Below are positions 25,089 through 36,410 of a stretch of DNA of 64,000 nucleotides, piece after piece. The DNA comes from Bilabrum cf. latius. Taxonomy: Eukaryota. Numbering within the stretch: position 1 is the stretch's first letter; every line of letters begins with the position of its first letter. The stretch is from positions 496,001 through 560,000 of the forward strand of contig OZ237771.1 in assembly GCA_965178125.1 (NCBI GenBank). The letters run 5' to 3'. The notes under the pieces were generated by a model that saw only the letters and a list, made by a program, of their open reading frames with translations, was not told where the DNA came from and made no database searches. The translations under genes were made by a program, and so were the position numbers.

Positions 25089-28004
25089 TTAATCAACGCC
25101 ATGATGGGCGCAAATCGAGTCGAGGATAGATTGGCCAAATCCAGCAGGAGCACCCCGAGGTGCATGCTTCTAGACGACGTCTGCCATCTCCTTTGCAACC
25201 TCCTTCCAGCTGTCAACCTCATTCTAATCTTCAAGCCGCCGCCGCTTCTGCTCTTTACAAGACTCACATTGCCCACTGGCGGATGCAGCTTGGGCTGCTG
25301 GGTTTTCGCTTGCCTCAATCGTCGTGACAATGCCTTCGGCTGCAAATCGCTCCTCCAAGCGAGCTACCGATCCACCGACGCCTGCTGGTCTTTGCGCCCG
25401 GACTCGCTTCCGCTTTCGCTTTCCATTATGACCAATAATAACTGCTGTCTATCGCCCCGTAGAATGCACTGCAGCAAGCTCAGCAATGCGCGATCGTGAC
25501 TACTGCATCGATGCCACAGTTGGTGTACCACGCACCCGTTCACCCATCGCAGCCCGCTTTTTGCCTTCTGTGAAAGCATTCCTGCTGTCTTCAGCCTCAC
25601 TCCGAAGTGCTTTCAATGCGATCAGCTCAAGGGAATTCTCTGCGTTGGGGTGCTGCGCTGCCGCTGCAGCTGCTGTAGCGCTGCCCTCGGCAGTTGCTGG
25701 GCCCAACGTTGATGCTGTCGATGCAGAGACTGCGTACGATGATGGTAGTTGCGGCTGCGATGATGGACCGCCTACAGAATAGGATGCAAGTGCATGCAAA
25801 AGTGGGGCCTCTTCTCGGTTTAAACTCCACTGGAACGGAGACTAGTCGCACATGTACCTGATAGGCTGCGCAATGGTAGCAGGTCGGGCTGAGGACGTCT
25901 TGTACGCACTGTACGTTTCTCGCGGCAGTATCTTCTCAGGACATGGAGGAAACAGGCCATTGTCTGCGAATCCTCGTCGGATGTTTCCACGACCGATTAG
26001 CGCACCCCTCATGACGCTTGCGACCAGCCCCGGCAGGTAGCCCTCACCGGGGCCAGCATCACCCTCTAAGTCCTCCCACTCTGTGGGCTTTCCCTCTGCA
26101 GTATCTTTCTCCATTTGCTTTATATTGTTTAAAACACGCTATTCCTTTATCAGATCTGACACGTGGCGAACCTGCTCTCGCATGAATGCCTTCACCCCTG
26201 CGAAACCGTGGGTGTCAAGGGGCTGCTAGATGTCCGTCTAGTTCGGCGCAAGGAACAACAGCTCCATTCCGAAATGGTCTGCAATAGACTTCGCCAAGAC
26301 CTACTTATGAATACTTAAGTTGTCCATAACCACTACGAACGGGCATCGCCAAGTATCAAGGTATATCTCGGGGTCTGCAAACGGGGGCTCAGTTCCATTC
26401 GTCACAGCAAGCAGATTTGCCGCGACTGCGGCACTACGCTTCTCCTTGCGAAGCTCCCACGACCGGGCTCCTAACCTAAACATTAGATCAGCAAAGGTTC
26501 CACTATTTGAAAAGCATGAGTAGGTCGAAAAAAAGGAGGTATGCGGGAGCGTCGACCAGGCTCGTACGGCTGGGTCTTTGTGCAGGGTCAGACTCAGCTG
26601 CTGCGATGTTGGGATAGCTGCAACGCCTTCACTAACAAGAGCTCGTAGTTTGCACTTCAGTTCCCGAAGCTTATCTTTCCAATCTTGAACTTCATCGTCC
26701 TCATCTGAGTCCTCATCTTCATCACTGTCGTCAACATCGCTCGGGCTTCCAGCGTCTAGTTCTGCGACCAATCGGGACGCGATCCTGCTGCTACGACGAG
26801 GTCCACTCTGGGGTGCCTCCATACCGCTAGATGACGATGCAGCTGTTGATGCTCCAGCAGTTGATGCCGAAGGTGAAATTGCAGCATCCGAAGGGTTCTC
26901 ATCTTCTTCATCGCCTGAGACAACAGCTGAGTCTTCCCAAGACTCGATCTCCTCTGCAAGTGCATTTGCCCCCTCTGCCATAGCCTTCATTTCAGCCGTC
27001 ATTTTCTTGCCATTTTTGGTGTGAGAAAAGATAAACATTGAGCAAATCATTTTGTCACTTGATGAGACCACTGGAGTGTACGAACAATGCCTACCAGCAA
27101 ATTTAAGCGTGGATGTTCGATGCAGCCTCTTCAGGTAGTGGGGTCCGAACACCCGCACCAGTTTCTGCTCGAATTCAAAAATGGTCTCATCGAGGTTAAC
27201 AATGAAATCTGGATCCCATAATATATCATCGGGCTGCGGTATCTGCCACGATTCCTCGTTAAACGTGGTGTGCAGGGCTGCTGCAAGGGCAAGCAGCAAC
27301 TGGTAGTCGTTCAGCACCGTCGCGTTCGCTTGTCGAGTCGCAGAACGATTCTCCTCACGGCGTCGATGTATTCCAAACTTTCGCAAAGACTTCTTCTTAT
27401 ATCTGCGAACATACTCTGTCGATGCCGGTGCTGCTGCGTTGTCACCACGCTCGAACTGGGCAACGCGGCCGAACACTTCCTTCAACTCCTAGGTCGTGCA
27501 ACTGTCGTTTCCTATCGCTCGAGCCGAAATTACTTCAGATACAGCCGCTTCATGCCCGCGCTAGATAAGCAGCCGTCTATCCGGCACGTTGTTGCCAGTG
27601 GCTATGTCACTGGCTTTCTTTGCCCACCGGCCCAATGTACGATCAACGGGAATTTCGTCGGATTCAAACACTTCGCGAGCAATCTGCCGCATTTTACGAC
27701 TCTTTCTGCCTTCCACCTCATGGAAACGCTTTGCAAATGTCCAAGCTTTGGTTCTATCGGTTGTTTTGAGAACAGTAAACTCTGGCGGGGCCTCACTAGG
27801 CAGCACCGTGTGCTTTTTGTCGTGAACCAAAGCTTGCAGCCCAGACTCCCCCAATCGTAGTGATTTTTGAACGGTCTTTGCGGCCTGTGTTAGCATATGT
27901 ACCTTAGCATAGCTTCCATGCTCATTTCTAGCCTGATCCATACCTAATTCCACTGCAATCAACTGGTTTATAGCTAACACGACAAGATGTGTGGGTACAC
28001 TCAT
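25089..28004 (-). CDS. DDE_1 / pogo-type transposase, DD35D (~971 aa with TAG=Gln)
   Basis: One frame from ATG 28004 to TAA 25089 with at least 11 in-frame TAGs. CENP-B-like HTH end (ASTEYVRRYKKK), NLDET, VVVMDNLSIH and FLAPN*TDI*QPLD, with 35 residues between the last two Asp. Also RRGFADNGLFP and a KRKRKR NLS-like run. Confidence 0.9.
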
Positions 28005-28012
28005 CACACTTG

Positions 28013-28042
28013 CTACACGACAAGATCTGTGGGGTCACGGAT
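28013..28042. repeat. Right terminal inverted repeat
   Basis: CTACACGACAAGATCTGTGGGGTCACGGAT, the reverse complement of 24761-24790. Confidence 0.95.
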
Positions 28043-28229
28043 CGTGCTTGTGACCCCCCGTTCAGCGGCTACGACAAATTTAAATAAACTCAAGCGAGCA
28101 AATATGAACAACTGCCTTCCTGTCTGCGCGGCACGGTTGGATCCCATGGGATCCGAGACTGGTCATGAGAAAGCATCCACAATCCGGCTATAGCCTATAC
28201 TGGGTACGAGAGCTAGACAAGCAAACAAT

Positions 28230-31200
28230 TCACAGCTGCGGCTCCGTCGGCAGAGTCACCCGCACGTCGCTCCCCACCACGAGCTTCTCCTCGCCCCTCT
28301 CCTCCCCCACCGCCTGCAGAGCGAGGCCGTGCTCGTTGGCCAGGTGCAGCAGGGACAGAAAGAAGAAGTGCACGCCCACCTGTCCCCCCACCCGAGGCTC
28401 CAGCGCCTCCATGGCCCCGTGCAGAGACACTTCCTGCCCCTCCTGCCCCGCCTTGACCTTGGCCACGTGCTGCGTCCCCATCACGCTGTCACTCGACTGC
28501 GCCTCCAGGTCCCCACCCGCCCCCAGCTCGGAGCCAACGTGACCCCACACCTCCTCCTTCAGCCGCCGCACGTCCACCCGCTTCGCTCGGCGGGCATACC
28601 CCACCTTGACGTCAGCCACGTCACGGTCGGGAGCCAGCAGAGCCGCCCCACCCACCGTGAGACCGTTGCCGGCTTCGTCACCGCCAAAAGCAGCCCCGCC
28701 GAAACCAACGCCACCGCCGCTCCCCGCGGCTCCGAAGCCTGCGCCCACGTCGTCCTCGAATCCGCCCCCGATCCCGCCCATGTCGGCATCCCCAAAGCCC
28801 CCGCCGAACCCACCGTCATCATCCTCCTCCCCACCACCACCACCGCCTCCAAAGGAAGCCGCAGCGGCACGCGGCACCACTGCAACGAGACCACCGAACG
28901 CACGGGCCCCCGCCCCCACACCCCCTGAGGGACCCCCGCCCGCGAGGACAGCCCAGTGCGCCAGCGGCCACACCCGCACCACGGGCCGCAGGGCCAGCCG
29001 CCACAGCCGGGCCGCCGCCGCCCGCGCCGCATGTGCCGCCGCCCCACCAGACATCCACTCGGCCCCCATGCCAGCGTCGCCTCCCCCATCTAAATCCGCG
29101 CCGTCCCCCGCACCCCCTCCCGCCGCGATCAGCACCGGCGCAGGGGGCAGGCAGTGGGCACTGGGGCCCAGCTCCAGGGCGCGGCGGAGGGACGGGCCAG
29201 ACAGCTAAGTTCCGCTAGCGCGCGGCGCCAGAGCAAGCCGTGGGTCGTCCGCAGCGGGCGCTTCCTCTGAGAAATCCAAGTAGAACTTCTCCCGGGTTCG
29301 AGACCCGGTGCTGCTCTTTTTCTCCTAGCCCATCGCACCGTCCCCTGCCCCCGCGCCTGCCTGGGTCCCCTTGCCTTTGCCCCTGCCTCTGCCTCGCATC
29401 CTCCACTGCGCCGCCCCCCCAGCTGCCCACCCCTGCAGCGACGCCACCGCCGCCAGCCTGGCAGGATCCAGGTATCCATACTCGCCGGCGCTCACCATCT
29501 GCTGCCCCTGCTGCTGCTGCCCCTGTTGCCCCACTGCCTGTCCTGAGGGGCCGCCCATCGAGGTTGCAGCCGCAAAGTCCGCACCCCCTCCCGCCGGCAT
29601 GGCAGCTGCGTCGAATGCCGCCTGCAGCTTGAGCCCCATCGCACCGCCCACCCCCGACCCCGCCCCTGATCCCATACCATCGCCCCCACCCTCCTCCCCA
29701 TCGATGCCACCTTGACTTCCAGCGCCTGAAGCACCTGTTCCCTCCTCATCGAAGCCCACATCGTCCTCGAATCCGCCCCCGATCCCGCCCATGTCGGCAT
29801 CCCCGAAGCCCCCGCCGAACCCACCGTCATCATCGTCCTCCCCACCACCACTCCCGCCTCCAAAGGACACCGCTGCCACGCCCTCCGTCGGCCCAGCCCC
29901 GGCCCTAGCCCCGCTCCCCGGCGCCTGCAACCCCCCGTCAGCCCCGGCCCCCGGCCCCACCCTCGGCATGCGAGACCTGCTTCGCCTCGAGGTGCGGGCC
30001 GTGAGAGCCCCGGTGAGGGCACCCTTGCGGCGGCCAGTGGTGGGGCGGTTCGGGGCCACACCGGCGATGACCCCATGCTGGGGGGTGGTCGCGGAGGGGG
30101 TCCCGGGGACACCCCCCCCAATCCCCGCCCCTCCTGTCCCAGCCGCAGCTGAAACTGGAGGGGCGGGGGCCTCGATGGAGGCTGAGAGCGAGTCCAGCAC
30201 ACCACCACCACCGCCGCCACCCATCCCCATCCCCATGTCGTCGTCCTCGAAGCCGTCGTACCCGAATTCGTCCTCATCACACCCAAAGCAGCCGCCGCCA
30301 CTACCGCCATCTTCCTCTGCACCATCTGCCTTGTCCTAAGCGCCGTCTTGGCCCGATGGCCCCCCAGCACCAGCCCCACCCCCCTCGCCCTTGTCCCCTT
30401 TCCCAGGCCCCTCCAGCCCCAGCGCGAACTGCACCCCCTGCTCCCTGTCCTCCTCGCCGAACACGCCGCCCTCACCGGCATCTGCACCACCGTGCGATGC
30501 ACCACCCTTCCCCCTCCCGGCCCCAGCGGCAGCCCTTGCTCCACCCCCGGCGCCGATCCCAGCTCCGTCCAGCGCGTCGTCACGCGCGCACAGCCGCCTT
30601 AGCGACCCCCCCGCCCGCCGCAGATCCACGTACAAAGCCCCGATCCCGGGGGCGACCTTTAGGCTCCGGATGGCCGCCTCGGCCCCCTCGGCCGTGAGAT
30701 CGTCGTCGTCCCCTGCACCGACGTGCACTGCACCTCCCTGGGCAGAGTCACACAGCTCCTCGGTCTCGGCGTCTGCTTGCGCGGCGCCGGCTGCGGAACC
30801 CTCTCTCGCAGCCCGCAAGATCTCCTTCACGGCGTCGTCCACGGGCACGGGGGCGCCCCACGCCTCCGTCATCGCACTCGTCACGCGGGCAGCCCCCTCC
30901 CCCTGGGCGTCGAAGGCTGGGGCGCCCCCCTCGCTGGCCCTCAGCTGCGCCGCCAGCAGCCCCCTGGCCCCTCCCTCGTCGAAACTCCTCGCCATGCGGT
31001 GGAACTGGGGGCCCACCGCGGCCTCCAGGTCCAGCGCATCGGCTGTGATGGCTCGCGCCTGTGCCAGCGTCGAGGCCCCGCCCCTTCGGACCCGGAGCCT
31101 GCGCCTGCGGGCGGCCTCCCTGTCCCCCTCCTCCTCCTCGTCCCCGCTGTCCCCTGCCCCTCCCCCCGGCTGCATGCTCTTGCCCGCCCTGGCCCTGGCG

Positions 31201-32069
31201 AGTGCCTCCAGCACCCTGAACGAGGAGGACCAGGTGTCGTCCACCCGGTGAGAGTAGATCTGCACTGAGGCGTCCAGCGTGCACGAGGCCCGCTGGAAAT
31301 CAGTCCCCAGGATGCTGCTCGCCTGGGCCCCCGCGGCGCCGCCGATGCCCACCGTGGGCTATGTCTGGTCACTGATCGCCTGACCTTGGCCGCCACTGGG
31401 TGTCTGATTCTTCTGCGGCTCGTCCCCGGCCCCCCCGATGATGGAGTCCATGTGGTCGATGAGCGGCAGGCTCCACGTGTTCTTCGCGTTGATTTTCTGC
31501 GGGTGCAACACGGCAAGTCTTTACATATGAAGACAGTGCAGATGATTAGCGCGTAGTAAACGTCGCGATAGAGGACATGAGGCGACGGCAACACAGAGGA
31601 TGCAGGCAGGTGCTGGTTGCGAGAGTTGCACGGCTCCCAGGGCCCTCACATTTTCTGTGGACAGCTTGAGAACGCGAGAATACATGTCTTGCAGCTCAGC
31701 TGAATTTACAGCAGGCGCTGCGCTGTTCGCACCACCCATGGAGGCCCGAAGCTTCCTGCGCGGGCTGCTGCCTGGGACGCGCTTGCCAGACTGTCTCCGA
31801 GCCGGACTTCTGGATGCCGCGGCAGCCTGGTCCGCTGCCTCCAGGAGTGACCGTTTCGTAGCTCCAAGCAGACTCTTTCGCTTGCGAGATCCGCCCAGAC
31901 CCCCTCCGATTAGGCTAGATTCACGGCGGTTGCCTTTGGTGACCGGAGCCGGACTCAGAGCCATCGAGCCGTCGTCAAAGTCGCTATCTGAATCATCCGC
32001 ACTTGCAAGCAGAGGGCCTCGTTTAGAAATTGCAAGACTTTTGCGTCCTTTACCGCCCCGGGACGGCAT
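28230..32069 (-). CDS. NCAPH: Condensin I kleisin subunit (CAP-H / Barren / Brn1)
   Basis: MYSRVLKLSTEN|KINAKNTWSLPLIDHM (intron 31649-31497), DFQRASCTLDASVQIYSHRVDD, FDEGGARGLL, and C-terminal YARRAKRVDVRRLK...FLSLLHLANEHGL. In-frame TAGs at 31359, 30336, 29325 and 29205. Ends in TGA. Confidence 0.93.
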
Positions 32070-32374
32070 TTCGGTGGTATACTGTACTTGCAAACGGTCG
32101 TGAACCGGCGTATGTCGGATTTCGATAGGAATAGCACGTTACACGTTTCAGACGTGTGGATTCGTTTAGATTGCTCCATTTAACGGGCCTCCACCGCAAT
32201 AATCCTTCTAAAGCATCAACGGTGTGCTCATAGTGTCGTACACGCCACGTTTTGACTCTTGTGTAGGTGCTCTTAATTGCTCTTGACTGCTTGAAGGGGA
32301 CAAGAAGAGCAAGCGGACTGCTCCTCACGGCAGCGGATTGGACAAACTGATTCAATTGCGTTCAGTTGGCAAGT

Positions 32375-34805
32375 ATGGCTGTTCCAGGGCTAGATATGGA
32401 CGATGGCGTCGGTGGCTTGCCACCTGGCCTGGATGGAGGCGCAGGTGGCGGCATCCCTGGCCTGGATGCTGGGGGCCAGCAAACAGGTGCCGTGGATGAG
32501 GGCTACGGGCGCATCGAAGGCGCGCCTGCATCCAATGGATCCGCTCCTATGTATTCTTCCTCATCGTCGTCCGGCGGCATCCCGGGCCTGGCTCCCCCAG
32601 GAGGCGAGCATCCGCACGATTCTCAGCAGAGCGCCATGGACCAGCTTGCCGCCATGGGCTTCGGGGGGGCAGCGGCTGCCTCGGGGGCAGACGATGGCGG
32701 CGTGCAGGTGGAACTGGGCGGACGCTCCATGACGGCGCGCAGGTACGCCCAGCAGGCACAGGCGCGGCAGGCCGCTGCCCAGCAGCAGGCAATGGACCAG
32801 GCCGCGGCAGGGGACGCCGGAGCGGCTGCCATGCTGGCGCAGGCACAGGGGGGCGCCGCGCATTACGGTTCCGCACAGGGTGCTCTCATGGGCCGCGGGC
32901 TGATGATGGGCGGCCCGGGGCAGCCTGGTGGGCCTGGCGCCGCCATGGGCGGGATGATGATGATGGGGGCGGGGGTGGGGGCCTACGGTGCGGGGGGCGG
33001 GTTTCTGCGCGCTGGGCCGGGGGAGGTGCCCGACGAACGTTCGGTGGATCTGCAGGCCGCCGCGACGGAGATGCCGAACGCCGCGGGGCCCTACCGCCGG
33101 CCCCGGGACGGCCAGTGGGTGACGAGGGGCGGATTGCTGCTGCAGAAGGGGGCTGTGCTGCCCGCCCCCAGCAGAGGGAGCGCCTTTGACGCCTATGCAG
33201 AGCCCAGGGACGTGGCGGGTCAGGCCCCCTGGAGACCGGTGGGTGCCCCTGAGGGTGGTCGGGGTCAGGCCCCCGGCTCGTTCTTCAACTACGGGATGGA
33301 GGAGGACACGTGGAGGTACTACGCCGCCTAGCAGAGGAGGGTCCGCGGGGAGCTCGAGGAGGCGGTGGAGGCGAGGAGGAGGCTGGCCCTGGGGCAGGCC
33401 CCTCAGAGGAGGAGGGCGGCAGCCCGCGGGGTGGAGGCCGCCATGCGTTGGTGGGCCGAGGAGGCTGGGCACGAGGGGGCGAGGGGGGCTCTGGAGGAGG
33501 CGGAGATGGGGCTGCCGGTGCTGCCCCCGAGGCTGCAGGGGTGGACGGAGCCGCCCCCTGACCCCAAAATGGGGGAAGGACATGCCAAGGGTGTGGGGTC
33601 GGGCGTGGGCGCGGGTCAGGGTCCCATGGAGGGGGGTGGCTCGACCCCGACCCCGACCCCAGCGCCTGTGCCTGTGCCGGCGAGCGGGCTTGTGGCCGAG
33701 ATGCTGGCGGTGGCACGGGGGGAGGAGGTGCCGGGTGGGCGGGGGAGGGGGAGGGGGAGGGGGCGAGGGCAGGGAAGGGGCAGGGATCGGTGGCAGGAGG
33801 ATGAGTTTGGTGGCAGGGGCAGGGGCAGGGGGGGCGGTAGGGGGCGGAGAGGGGGTGGGCTCGTGGTGGAGATCGGAGGGGGGGTTGGGGGGGGAGATGG
33901 GGCGGAGAGGGAGGGGGGGGCAGGGGGAGTGGGGGGGCAGAGCAATTCACCTGCAACGTACGGGGGCAGGGGCGCTCCAGATGGTTCCCCGCGGACATAT
34001 GGGGGCACGGAGGCTCCCGGGGCGGGGTCAAGCACGTACGGGGGGGGCGATGCGCCACCCCGCTCGTGGAGCAGGAATGATTCCGAGTCCACGCCGCGTG
34101 CGGGTTAGCCCCGAGGGGCAAATAGGGGTCCGGCTGTCCGTCACTCGCGGTCCCCTAGCGAGGGGGGTGGGGGACCCCCGGGTGGGGGCAGGGACTGGGA
34201 TAGGGGACCAACTTCTAGGAACGAGCGGTCGCGGGACGGGGGCCGGGGGGCGAGCCGGGATCGTGCGGAGAGGGGGGAGCGCTGGGAGGAGCGGCGGGGC
34301 CCGAGCCGGGATCGTGCGGAGAGGGGGGAGCGCTGGGAGGAGCGGCGGGGCCCGAGCCGGGATCGTGCGGAGAGGGGGGAGCGCTGGGAGGAGCGGCGGG
34401 GCCCGAGCCGGGATCGTGCGGAGAGGGGGGAGCGCTGGGAGGAGCGGCAGGGCCCAAGCCGGGATCGTGCGGAGAGGGGGGAGCGCTTGGAGGAGCGGCG
34501 GGGCCCGAGCCGGGATCGTGCGGAGAGGGGGGAGCGCTGGGAGGAGCGGCGGGGCCCGAGCCGGGATCGTGCGGAGAGGGGGGAGCGCTGGGAGGAGCGG
34601 CGGGGAGATGTGGGGGCGGGTCGCGACCGTTCGGCTGGTAGGCGAGGCGGGGGAGGGGGCGAGGGGCGGTCTCGTGGCGGGGGGTTGCGGGTGGAGATGG
34701 ACGACGATGATAGGCCGCGGCGGGGGGGGGGTGGGGGTGGGGGTGAGAGGCATGGGGGAGGGCGGTCGAGGGGGGGGGGGGCGCCGCAAACGGAGGCGGA
34801 GGTGA
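32375..34805 (+). CDS. FIP1: Pre-mRNA 3'-end processing factor FIP1-like protein with Arg/Asp/Glu-rich tail
   Basis: Fip1 motif PWR...SFFNYGMEEDTWRYYAA*QRR, with TAG at 33329 and a second TAG at 34106, then an RD/RE-rich repeat tail. The end is either TGA 34803-34805 (needs an indel in the G-run near 34770-34781) or TGA at 34955-34957 in the literal frame. Confidence 0.8.
34251..34604 (+). repeat. 51-bp coding minisatellite, about 7 copies
   Basis: Units start at 34251, 34302, 34353 and so on, and encode SRDRAERGERWEERRGP in the FIP1 frame. Confidence 0.95.
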
Positions 34806-35315
34806 TATTGGCAACAGTTGGATATTGGCGACGGTTGGATACCGCAGTCTGGTTTCGTCCGGCATTTTGTTCCAACCAATGGGACGCGAACGAACGAACA
34901 AGCCGAGCACGCGCACCCCGATTTCCGAGCCATCATCACACCCAGATCATCAGATGATCATCCCTTTGGCCATGCCCACCCAGACGGTGAAAACAAAAGA
35001 AACTCCCTCCAGATTCAAGGAAATTAAAAGAACGGTTGAGAATTTCGGATCAGAGCTGAAGCTTCGGCAGCCACAGCAATGCAGCGGCTTCGTTGGCTCC
35101 ATCAAATCCAGTTGAAGGCGAAGACACAGGGAGTATGTGAAAGGGCAGTGTTCCTCTCTGTGCGAGCATTGGTGCAAGCCCACCATGCTCCACTAGCATC
35201 GTCTCGTCATCTCGCAAGTTTGCAGTTGCGACGCTGTGTTACTCCGACTCGGAGTGCCAGATCGATTGCCTATCAAGCACGAGTCTACATTCATAAATCA
35301 TTTTGCACGAGTAGT

Positions 35316-36228
35316 ATGGCCGCCGTGAGAACATAGATGGCTGTCATTGTCTTCTTTCATAAAATATGCAGCTTTTATCTATTATCCGAGTTGACTTTAA
35401 GTGCGTTGTGACTACCTCGCGCAGGCAGGTAGCGATGTTACAGCACTGGAAGCAATGTACAGCTCGGATGTTGCCACTGAATACAACAAGATGATGTCCA
35501 AAGGGAAAGAATGGGAAGACATCAAAGCGGCAGCTGCTCAGATGACCAAGCACGCCCCAAAGGAAGGAGTGTTTGTCGATACAAGCACTGGGACGGGACA
35601 GCTGCTGCAGGCTCTGAGAGCATTGGACAAGACGCGTGTGCTGATCGGCGCGGACATCTCAGCAGATATGCTGAGAGCAGCCAAGTCGAACTGCTCCACA
35701 GCGTTTACGATTCAAGGCGACATGCGAGCGCTCAGTCTGGCCGAGATCCGCTCAGCTGCTTCGGACGAGGAGGCGCGAGTGGCCGGGATCGTATCGATGT
35801 TTGCGCTGCATCACGTGTCAGAAGCAGAGGCAAAATCGTGCATTATCAGCTGGGGCGGCATGCTGGCGGAGGGAGGTGTGCTGCTGCTGGGTCTATGGGA
35901 GGGCGAGGGGCAGATGTCCAGCTGGGAGGAGGAAGGCGGGACGGAGGCTCTAAAGGGGGCGGGCCAAGACGGGGATGCGGGAAACAGCGAGCACACAGGG
36001 CCTAAGGTGGATGGAGATGACAGGGCAGCGAGCAGTGGTGCATCAGGATCAGGTGCAGGCGACGGGTCATCCGAAGCGGCACCCGCACAGCCACCCATGT
36101 TCAAGTGGCCCGAGGCATCCGTCCGCGCTTGGGTGGCGGAGGCCGGACTGGAGGTCGTGGAGGCGAAGCAGAAGGACGACGAGTTCGGCAACACGTTGAA
36201 GCTGGTAGCACGGAAGCCAATTGTATAA
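35316..36228 (+). CDS. Class I SAM-dependent methyltransferase
   Basis: Probable exon 1 MAA (35316-35324) and intron 35325-35424. Motif I VFVDTSTGTG, then LIGADISADML, QGDMRAL, FALHH and LAEGGVLLL. Ends in TAA. Confidence 0.85.
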
Positions 36229-36410
36229 AAGTTTGGGCCAATTGGGCGGGGGATCCGATACTTTGTGAAATTAGCTTGGGCCAGTTTTTGCGATTGTACC
36301 GTGTTAAAATTGGTTTCTTCTCACCCCGCCCGTTTGAAACCAAGTAGCCAGCCTACACCAAGCATCTTTGTGTGTTGCCACGAGTTCTTGGCTGACGAGA
36401 TTGTCAAGTC

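Larger units (their letters stand above)
24761..28042 (-). mobile_element. pogo-like (IS630-Tc1-mariner group) DNA transposon with perfect terminal inverted repeats
   Basis: 24761-24790 (ATCCGTGACCCCACAGATCTTGTCGTGTAG) is the exact reverse complement of 28013-28042. The repeats enclose a single transposase ORF. The element lies between the convergent VPS11 and NCAPH stops. Confidence 0.92.
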
